Of a stretch of DNA of 64,000 nt, positions 53,921 to 64,000 are shown piece by piece. Each line of letters starts with the position of its first letter. The stretch's first letter is position 1. The stretch lies in NCBI GenBank assembly GCA_050084515.1, contig CM114271.1, forward strand, positions 36,828,001 to 36,892,000, in the 5' to 3' direction. The stretch is from Blasia pusilla (taxonomy: Eukaryota). A program made the translations under genes and the position numbers. The notes under the pieces are model-generated. The model was not told the origin of the DNA. It searched no databases and worked only from the letters and a program-made list of their open reading frames with translations.

Positions 53921-54678
53921 TGTCGTGCGCATACACATCGCAACACAACATACATCGTTGTCACCGAACACACACACAAACACGCACGATCCCATGCTAA
54001 CCTATGGCATCCAAACAACGAGACAAGAAGTACCAAAATATCTCCAATTAAAGTAAGATCCAATCTCTCTCACAACACCATAGTTCTCACATGTCTCTCT
54101 CAACATCAAACCAGACCCACTTTCATAATGAGAGGCTTGGGTTACACACACAAGACAAGCAAGACCATAGCTCCGCCGCCTCATGCCAAGAGGTTCAACA
54201 AAGAGAGGATGAGCTCTCAAGCTCTCTCTCCTTGAGATATACCTCTCCCCTCTCCCAAGCTCTCTCCATGATAACCTATGCTCCCAAGTCACCTCCTTGG
54301 TTGTTGACATGATGTAGGAGGTCAAGGGCCACTTACAAAAAATAGAAAGTCAGTAACATACTCAAAATGGTACTTACCTAAAATAGTAAGTTCTCAATAT
54401 GGCTCCAAATGAGCCGAAACGAAGGGGAAACCTTTCTCTCAGGTTTCCCAGGGCCTGAGTAGGTCATACTCGGCCTACTGAGTCTGTCCTCCGCTACTCA
54501 CGAAGGCGCTCTACTAGATCTCATCGATCTATCCTAAGAGACGTGACAGTTATCGTGCACATACACATCGCTACACAACATACATCGATATCACCGAACA
54601 CACACACAAACACGCACGATCCTATGCTAACTCATGGCATCCAAACAACGACACAAGAAGTACCAAAATATCTCCAAT
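53921..54678 (-). repeat. 3' split-repeat block of E: B1 (54551-54678), A2 (~54080-54548), B2 (53921-54048)
   Basis: Near-identical 128-bp B copies flank A; purine tract ACTAGGGGGGCG lies immediately before B1. Confidence 0.93.
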
Positions 54679-54858
54679 CGCCCCCCTAGTTGGTAGTTAG
54701 GTCCCTCTAACTCCAGATAGCCATCTATCCCTACCTACGATGACATACATCTCTCGGACGCTAAGAGCAAGAAGATTGGGTGTTCATATGGCCCCATCGT
54801 TAGTCGCCTTCTTGTCATCCATGTCACAGACACAAGTCAAAATGTAGAACTACCTACT

Positions 54859-55909
54859 CTATGTACATTTGGGACACATCCATCGTCCCTTAGGAACCCT
54901 AGTGAGAGGTGGCGTCAAACATGCCATATGCCATCCTCTCGAACACCCATCATAAACTAGCATAGTGGCTGCACCACGGGCGGAACCACACAACATACAC
55001 CGCAAGCCTGCATGAACTATTGCTAAGCTCGGATCAAGTGTACCATCAATGTTCGGAACAGTTACGCACATGGTCCTTCCAAATCATACCATCGCGTCCC
55101 TCCAATAAGAGAACACCGGATGGCAAAACCGCACGCACTCTCAAGATGGTGCGCCTTGCAGTCACATCCAACGTCGTGGGTGCCATCTGCTGCAAGTAGA
55201 CATAGTCTCCTTGATGAAACCTCCAGATAGTAGGTCGATAACCACCTCCCCGAATAGTCGCATACCTTAACGTATCCCGATGTTGCGCAATCGCCAAGTT
55301 CTCAAACGCCATGGGCATCACTCTCCAAAACAACTCAGTCCTCTCAGAACATGCTCGCATCCATACATCATGGTCATCAAGGTTCAACGCCTCACTAGTA
55401 TCTCGATGAATGGCCGTAGGTAAATCTGCCTCACGGCCATAAAGCAACAAGTACGGTGAGAAAGACGCTAAGGATGCCTGCCTGCTGAATCTGTATCCCA
55501 TCGCCAACCACGGAAACTGAAGGTTCCAATCTCCTAGGTGACCTCTCTGCAAGCCATAGTTACGTTGTCCTCTCTTCACCGTCTGCACAACCCGCTCCGC
55601 TAGTCCATCCGCCTCAGGATGATCTCGCGAAGTAGTGCGGTGGTCGATTAGTGCCTGATCACACAAGGCCTGAAACTCCCTGCGGAACTCTGTACCCTGG
55701 TCTGTCAACACCTCAGCTAGTGCGCCGTAATGACTCAGCATTCGATCTAGGAAGGCATACGCTACTCCCTCACTCGCTTTGTCAGGCAATGCAACCAACT
55801 CTATCCACTTCGAGAAGTACTCGACCATCATCAATACATAACGACTATAGCGCTCCGTCAAAGGCAAAGGTCCTGCAAAATCCAAACTCCATCTATAACC
55901 TAAACCCAT
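54859..55909 (-). pseudogene. Integrase core plus PHD finger of copy E
   Basis: WSLDFAGPLP, VEYFSKW, VLTDQGTEF, ADGLAERVVQTVK, SPYLLLYGRE; PHD CMLC...WHMACLTPPLTRVPKGRWMCPKC after a small frameshift. Confidence 0.92.
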
Positions 55910-58900
55910 GATGGGAAGTGTTGTGGAGTTGCAGCATTGAACGATGCTCAGACTCGATCACACACCATGCATCTTGCAACAAACTGCTGAACGTCAGTCT
56001 GCATGCCTTGCCACCAATACTAAATCTAGAGCAAGCTATATGTCCGCTTCATTCCAAAATGACCAAAATCCTCATGGGCATGACGCACCAAACGTGCTCT
56101 CTACGAAGGATGAGGCACTACACCCACTCTACCATCCTCCCACACTCGTAACACATGTATCCCCTCCCAACGGAACCGTCTAGCCCGCTATAGGACCCGA
56201 TCCCGCTCTCTAGCACCCACTGTGCTCGTAACGCTGCCAGTACGCAGATACTCCAAGACTACTCCATCATCGTGAATATCTCGACCACCTATCGTCTCCT
56301 CACTGGCCTCGGGATCTAAGGACTCTCCATCAGACCTCACTATCAAAGTCTCCACACTCTGGCTCTCCATGGCCAACAAGCCTAAATAGGTTGACGCGTG
56401 CCATTCCGGCACTGACTCCTCATCACTCTCTCCATGCCATCGAGCTCTTGTTGTATCTCGGTGACTCAGGCATGGGTTACGACTCAGCCCATCTGCATCT
56501 TGGTTGAGCGTCCCAGGTCTATGAACCACCTGAAAATCGTACTCCTGCAGCAATAGAGCCCATCTCGCAAGCTTCCCTATAAGCTTGTTGGACTCCATCA
56601 ACCACTTTAGTGGTTGATGATCAGTGATGATGGTAAAGGGGTTTCCAAATAAGTGACACCTGAAATGTGCGACAACTCACACCGCAGCCAAGCACTCACC
56701 CTCATACGAGTTGTACTTTGCCTCTACAACGTTGTTCGAACAGCTAGCTCACCCATTGTGGCACGACATGCAACATAAAATCCACATGGCAAGAATGTAT
56801 TATGTAGTATCTATATGGATGCCTTACTCTAGTTTCCAGGTTACGGAGAGCACCTGACTCCTACGATAGTGGATGATGTATGGCATGGATGGAAGACTCA
56901 TAACCAAGTCTTCTCCAACCATGATATCCTAGCAAAAATTAATGGTAAGTTCCTCAAACTCTCAATAGGATTTAATACAATCTCTTGTATTTAGTCATTT
57001 CACAAAAGAGATTAACTCTACATTGTGTGTATGGTATAACATGAGATGCGGCATATGCATCCTTATGGACCCCGTTTGGAGGAGGAGAAACGAGGACAAC
57101 ACATGTTTATGTTGATCGGCATAGATAATCCTCTATCCTTCTACAATAAAGGAATTGATTATTTAGAGAACCTCTTTATTTGCGAGATGGATTCTGGAGG
57201 AGGACGAGGAGACCTTATAAAGTGTACACCCACCAGCTCTAAGATAGAGTAGGATGCCCTGGTTGGATAGTGCTTTCAATGGATGTATACTAAAAAAAGA
57301 AGAAGATGCATATGCATGTAAATCCAAAATCATCTCCTTGTCGCTCTCTCCATGTCATTGAACTCCTTTCTTATCTCTTTGATTTGTACATGGATAGCAA
57401 CTCAACCCATCTACTTCTTGGTTCAACCAACATGGCCCATGAACCATGTAAAACCATATTCATATAGTAATAGAGTCCACGTGCCAACCTTACGTACAAA
57501 CTTTTATGCTACGCTCTCGAAAGTGATATACACTCAAACTCACTCATAATAGCCATGCTTTGGATCAACGAGCATTGCTTCTCCCGAGTTTGCATCTCGT
57601 GTCATCCCTCAAACTCAACAATCCTAAACAAGCTCATATACCAACTTAAACCTCGCTCCCTAAGACATGTAGGCCATTCAAGAAGCGGGACAAACTTCCT
57701 TCATAATATAGGGATATAAAATTATACCAGTATGCTTGATGACCACGACTTTCCGATGGACCTTGAACGAGTCTCTAATCAGACCTCGAAATTGGTGTCC
57801 AAATGCAAGGCTCGATGTTAGGAGTGAGAACTGGATTAGATGGACTTAACTTCGTATCAACCTCAATGCTAACTTTTTAGTCCATGTTGTTGCCTTGGAT
57901 CGACCTCGCAATCACCAAGGTGGATTTAGGCCTCAAAATTCCTTTGGAGATCCTCCCCTTTTTTTTCTTAGAGAATTGAACAACATATTCTCCTACAAAT
58001 CCCTTTTGGATTGCCCCACGTGGTCCTTAAACCCAAACAATGATTTTGATAATTGAAGCCCTACTTGAATAGTTTTTATTTTTATTTGTGGTGTGTTGTA
58101 ACTAGCTCCTCACAACTTTTCCAACACCACCTCGTTCATCATAAACAAATATTTGATGTAATGACCACGACCTCAACGCGGAAAACCACTACAAGATAGG
58201 TTCAAATTTCTCCAGAGTCTATCTTTTTTGGGACTTGAACTGTTTTTACGTTCTAGTTGGTTAGCGTCCTTCTTGCTTACAACTACTATCATTCTAGATG
58301 CCCATTTAATCTTGGGTCTCGCCTCTACAACTCTTGCCTCGTTTGCGAGACTTCGACGTATTTCCATCATAGTGAAAGCCATTAGAGTTGTGACGATCCG
58401 CATTGGTGTAGTTTGGTCATGGAAATTGCTATATCTAAAAAGTCTTATAGTGAGTAATGCTACTTGCTTAGCCTCAAATATGCAACATTCTAAACTTTAT
58501 AAATTCAACATTGTTATAAGACTTTACACTATCCAACAAATTACCAAAAATAGTCATATCTCCTAATCATTTCGGGTCTATTTTCCATGTCTGTAGTCCT
58601 CTTTACGATATTAGGATCTGTTATAAAAAAAATTGTATTTGTCACCCCCAACGATCCAATGCATTTAATAGGAATTAAGTTGCAGTATAGAAAAATCATA
58701 GTTTTGTGATTAATTATGATTCGGAACATTTTTTTTTTCAAGTTAAATATAGCTATTTGGACTTCCCACAAAACCTCTAGTTTATAATTGATTGATCACT
58801 AGTAACCAACCCAAATATCAACATTAATACCTTACGGTGAGAAAGGAATGAAACTAACCACACATGCTTGTTCTATTGATAGTTAACATATCCCATTATA

Positions 58901-60379
58901 GAGTAGCAAACAATGCCTCATTTTATTCATCCAAATATAGAAGATGTTTAAAGTAGATATACTTGAAAACGGGAACGAATCTTAAGATGAACATGTGCCC
59001 AAATAAGAGATTTAGGGATAAAAACTATTGAGCACGAATATACATGAAAAGTGCAATCAAAGAAATATGAAACAAAATTGGGTAAGTGTTGTATATATAA
59101 GTATTATTGAAATGGATAATCAAATTGGGGGTTTTTTTGGAGTGGTTGAATAGATCAATTTAAACAAAAAAGAACGGAAGAACAAAAGAAATGATGTTGG
59201 ATAAGTCACGAGCAATAATATATGATAAACTAATGTCTTATTAATACATATTACATTTTATCATGGTGGACAGTGCTGTGTTTTTAAAATAACACATACT
59301 CTTAAAGATTTATTACTTCATTAAAAGTCTTCCAACTTTATTATCTTCTATTGTGTAGAAGCTAATAAACTATGTGTCTTGCATTCTTTATCATCTTAAA
59401 GAATCGTTGGACAGATAATTGAAAGTGTTTGTTGGGAAAAGGAAGATTAAACGATTGATGTTATTTTTTTAATCGAGAGTTGGGACGTGAAAAAGGAAGA
59501 TAGATTTCTCCCCAACTTAGAATAAAGAAGACATGATCTTTTTCCAAAGTGAAGGTGAAGTAAGAGTTTCATTGCCATTAATATTCAAGAGGGAGTATGT
59601 CTTTACCATTTGTTTGTCATTAAACTAAATGAATTCAATTTGTGCCCATTCTTTATTATTATTGGAGAGTACTTCTTCATTGTGCAAACTTCTTTCCTCT
59701 CGACACTTGGCACTTTCAGCCGATGGGATCGTTCCCCTTTTGAACCAATAGGATCGTTCAAAATGGGACTTGAGAATTAATTACGGGAGGTTATATAAAC
59801 TCATGCAATGCTCGGGCTTATTCTAGCGACTCTATATTGTCATTCTCCATGGGTTGATCCAACGTATAATATTATCACTCTCCGTACTGGTAAGGTGCCG
59901 GTATCATGCACGAGCAATAAAAAGGTGTTTGAAGAGCTTTTGCTAGGATATAGCGTGTGAAGGGACTAGTGATGTTGCATACGAATTCCATTTTTTTTTA
60001 CCCATAGCATATGAAACATTTTCTTGTTGCCTAATTGCCAGGTGTTAGATAGGGAGGCGTCAATAATAATATCGAAGTTAATCCAATGCATCACGGGAAA
60101 CAAATTATTGATAGAAATAATAAACAAAATTTGCCATGGCAGATTTTGCTTGAGAGCGATGTAAAAAACAGGGATATATAATAAGAAAACCATTGAGATA
60201 TTTTGATTTGTAGTACTAATACAAAGAAAAAAGTGAAAGGAATGGATTAGTAGCATTGAAGGTGAAAAAGAGGACTAATCGGAACGAGAGGCCAACGAAT
60301 CACTTTTGAAAGCACGGAAACATGCGCTAAAAATCAAACACACCAACTAAAATGAACCTTGAAAAATGGTTTTCTTTGT

Positions 60380-62227
60380 CATTTCACAATTTCGACTCCG
60401 ATGTGGGACGCTTCATATTCGAACACTGCCCGTGGAAACGGAGAAGAATGGGTGCACTTGCTTTCCTCGGAGACGAGAATTCATCCCGCACGAGGGAAGA
60501 ATCTGCTAAATTTGACGGGGAGCCCGTCTCACGAAGGCGCAAGTAGCAAGCATATTCCTTCCTTCGTGACGGACCGAAGCAAGCGCTACAGTAGCTAGCT
60601 CTCCGAGGCCTTGGCAAAACGCAACGCGGACATAACGAAACCGGCAAACGTAGACCGACGGAGAGTACCCGGCGGAAACCGGTCTTGAAAGCCAGCACGA
60701 AGAAGTCCGTTGGTGCGATTGAACCAGTCCTTCCGGAGGACGAAAGAGCCGGGAAGGTCTCGCAGTGCGCGCAGGTCAAATGGAAGACGAGAGGATCATG
60801 GCATTCCGGCGTCGGCTCTGACTCCGGGCAAGTGGAAGGGAGGAAGGAAGAATGATAAGTTAGAACTTAGAAAAGGCTCGCCATACCGTATGGAGCTGCC
60901 AGGGCGGACATGAGATCAAAACAAGCGACACCGCCCGCGGCATCTCTGGCTTGTCGCGCAAGTCTTGCCCGGCCTCAGTGGCCGCCGGTCTCGTGGAGGT
61001 CCGTATGCGAGGACGCTCCGCTGCCGACACGGAGGATCCTCCCCGAGTTCCCCAACAGAGAGAGAGAGAGAGAGAGAGGGAGAAGGGTCCGATGTAAATG
61101 GGGGAGCGCGCAAAAGGTGTAGTTACATCGGCGAACGGGGGACACGTGGCGAGCGGTGAGTGGGGAGGGTCGGGATGGCCGGGTGCTTATTCGGGAGCAA
61201 TGGTAAAGCGCCGCGTCGGACCGCGGACGAATTAAGGGAAGCGGGGAGGCAGTCGTCGATACTTTAGGGGATTGGGGGAACTCTGCGGAGTTCGTCTCTC
61301 TTTCTTTCTCTGCCAGGTTGGATTGACGGAAGAGTGGAGTGGGACGACGACGAAAGAAGACGAGGAAACGGGGTGTGGGAGAGGGAGGACCTGACCGATA
61401 GGAGACGAAGGTGTGGATCGCTCGCGGTCAGACCGACGGAGGGAGGGAGGCAAGGCAGGTTGGCTGGCGGGCGGTCGGGCGGGCCGGTGGGAATTGGAGA
61501 GGAGGAGGCCCCGGGGATCCCTAAGAGGAGAATAGAGAGTCTGAGAGTTTTTAGGCGGACGATTGCTACATCCACGACTGTCGTAGGTGGATTGGGAGCC
61601 TACGCTGGGCTGCTAGCGGGAGGAAAGCTGCAACGCTTACCAAGAGCGCCCGCGTGTGGCCGGGTCGAGAAAAGTGGTGGCGAAGGAGCGAGGCCGAGGG
61701 GGAACGTAACTCGCAAACTTCGGGCCGGGGAACGACGAGGAGCGAGCGGGTCATCGATTGTTTGGGTGCTCTGTCGACGTGATCGTGGTTGTTTCAGTAA
61801 GAGTGCCTCATGGTTGAATCGGGCGTGAGGGCTGCCCGTGTTTTTCGTTGTCAAATATGGGAGTGTTGATATGGATCCGTGTATCTGCGTCTCTACTCTT
61901 AGTCCCCACTCTTCGTGAAGGATCGGCCCTCAGCTGCGGGATCTTTTGATCGACTCCTCTTCGTTCGTATCATCGAAACGTCTGCCGGCGTTTTCGATTG
62001 GAAAACGTTATGCTGGAACGGGGACCGCGTATGAACTCTTAGCTAGGGATTCAATTATCCTCGGGTTTTACATCCACCTGGTCCCTTGAAGCAGGTTTGT
62101 TCGTCGCCTCTGAGCACCAGGGACGGAGGGCGATTGCGAAAGTGGACAACCGTTGGACAGGCGCCTCTCCTTCTCGATTTCTGGTTTAGGGCTTAGGGAA
62201 GAGTTGTGGAGCAGGTTTTGAGGTTCT
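60380..62227 (+). promoter_or_regulatory. GC/CpG-rich promoter and 5' UTR region of the cullin gene
   Basis: Abrupt rise in GC and CG dinucleotides compared with the preceding AT-rich DNA; includes (AG)n near 61058-61078. TSS and any UTR intron not resolved. Confidence 0.6.
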
Positions 62228-62370
62228 ATGACCATGAGTAATGAGCGGAAGGTAATAGAGCTCGAGGAGGGATGGACGTTCATGCAGAAAGGCATCACGA
62301 AGCTAAAGAACCTCTTGGAGGGCGTCCCAGAGCAACAGTTCAACTCCGAAGAATACATGATGCTGTACAC
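62228..62370 (+). CDS. CUL1: Cullin-1, first coding exon (gene continues beyond the window)
   Basis: [48 protein letters not shown] matches the plant CUL1 N-terminus; GT donor at 62371. The expected next exon (TIYNMCTQK...) was not seen in the window. Confidence 0.93.
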
Positions 62371-62400
62371 GTATCCTCTTATCTTTTCTTTTCGGCAGCT

Positions 62401-62403
<3 letters not shown>

Positions 62404-62444
<41 letters not shown>
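62404..62444. repeat. (AG)n microsatellite in the CUL1 intron
   Basis: Directly visible. Confidence 0.97.
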
Positions 62445-62448
<4 letters not shown>

Positions 62449-63051
62449 GACACTCGAGTGCCTCTACCGTGCATATTCTGGCATGCCAACACAGCGGAAA
62501 CCCTAGATCGTTGAAATCTCTTGAATAGGAGATCGACGGAACGGGAAATTGGCGGAAGGAAATCTAGTCCAGCTGCAGCGGCCCCTGCGTTTCATCCTTT
62601 CACTACGCATTCGGAATTTTCCTTGCAGTTGTTGGCTCTCGGTATCCATGAAGATCGTGGACCGCCCCCAGTGGTCATTTGCAAGGCAATAGCAGTGTCG
62701 TCCTGGGTGACATAACCACGCCCAGTCAATACACGCTTTTTGTCTGTCGTCTTTTCGTGTAAGGATGTGGATTCCAGTGGTGCGTTTGTTTTCTTTCCTT
62801 GTCATAAACGCTGAAATGCTCTGGAAAGTGTGCGGAATTCAGCCTCTGCTACGGTAGCTGTACAATGCACACCATCCGGTATTGGAATTCGTGGAATACT
62901 TTTGATTCCAATGTTTTGCGCGTTGGATGTGAAACAATCTTCTTCACCTCCCTGATTTGTGCACTCCCTTACACACACAGAGAGTGTGCTTTTAACTAGT
63001 GCTTGGTAAGATTTCTGAAGACCTGGTGTTGGACGGTGCCAGGACACAAAG

Positions 63052-63054
<3 letters not shown>

Positions 63055-63102
<48 letters not shown>
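63055..63102. repeat. (GA)n microsatellite in the CUL1 intron
   Basis: Directly visible. Confidence 0.97.
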
Positions 63103-63105
<3 letters not shown>

Positions 63106-64000
63106 CTGTGGACCTTAATTTAATTTGTCTCCGAGACCAACGTAAGCTTGTAGAACCCCTTCCATGTGTGTGTTAGTGACATCTCATCCAACAAGAACCC
63201 TCATATCCAGGTTTTCAAGTACTTTTTCTGCGTGATGTTTCCCTTATAAGAGATTCTGTTTTCTCAGTGAATTTTTTGGATTTATCCCTAGCTCTTAACC
63301 CGGGAGTATGGTCACATCACACACATGATAGGCACATCAGCGTTTTGCAAGTTCATGGCTAGACAGGACCAGGTTCAGATGGATAACTTCTTGCATTGGT
63401 CTGTGAAAGCTAGGGAGCATCACCTGGCCCAAAGGACCTCTAAGGCCCTCGCTGGTGATGCCTTTTTCTTGTCCAACTGCTGTACAACTTGCAAAACTAA
63501 GTCCTAAGGTCTTTTGGGGTCGTGGTGGACGATAAATCCATGTATTCCTTCTTTCTCTCGAGCAAGGGTCCTCCATGTCCTAGGGTAGGGGATGGGACCA
63601 CCCCTGACAGTCCACACTGGGCGTTGAACTTGTGATGAGTTGCACAAGAAGTTCTTCAATGAGTTCACCTACGAGAGTCGGCCATCTATTGCCTCAGTGG
63701 CTCCACTTGTTAAGTAGTCCCTCTTGTAGACACTCGTTGTCTCTCTCTGCACTCTTGTAGACTTATTAAGGGTCTACAAGAGTGCAGAGAGAGATTTTAG
63801 TAATCAAGTAGTGCTTGTCGTAGCCTTGAGATCATAAACCCTGTACCCTGGTTGGACGGTTCTGGAGACTGGGATGAGTGCAAAGAGGTAAACATGAAGA
63901 AAGTACCATATGAGAGCAGGGAGACTCTCAGATCGTGTGAGTGCTAACAATAGAGTGTTGGTGAGGAGCTTCCAAGTGTCAGCAAAGAAGTTCGTTACGG

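Larger units (their letters stand above)
53921..56745 (-). mobile_element. DNMT-gypsy family copy E (3' fragment): RNase H end, INT, PHD, B1-A2-B2
   Basis: ORFs 56188-56601, 55046-55909 (integrase core) and 54859-55071 (PHD) closely match C and D. 5'-truncated within RNase H. Confidence 0.93.

Noticed and set aside
56755-56770. GCACGACA resembling a B-type terminus next to the truncation of E
   Set aside because: Only 8 bp match, with no upstream B similarity.
56800-60300. Possible decayed transposase or LINE sequence
   Set aside because: No diagnostic motifs recognised.
60352-61854. Numerous 60-160 aa ORFs upstream of CUL1
   Set aside because: Expected by chance in GC-rich promoter/UTR DNA; no domains recognised.

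Overview
Eukaryotic land-plant nuclear DNA (probably a non-seed plant; inference). Two divergently transcribed housekeeping genes bound the window: a complete 7-exon nuclear poly(A)-binding protein gene (PABN, minus, 1918-5532) and the first coding exon of a cullin-1 gene (plus, from 62228). Between them lies a ~55 kb nest of decayed transposons: a Ty1/copia remnant, a ~10.3 kb CACTA/EnSpm element, and pieces of one unusual Ty3/gypsy-like retroelement family. In this family the pol region is protease - DNMT3-like C5-cytosine methyltransferase - RT - RNase H - DDE integrase - PHD finger. Its ends are split direct repeats (A1...B1-A2-B2) rather than ordinary LTRs, with TGTC...GACA termini and 4-bp target-site duplications. 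One ~9.8 kb member can be rebuilt from two halves (32059-44201 plus and 44953-49288 minus) separated by an inversion, and a second member (36046-42758) is nested inside it. All copies carry stops or frameshifts. Domain calls rest on motif recognition by eye; no database searches were run.
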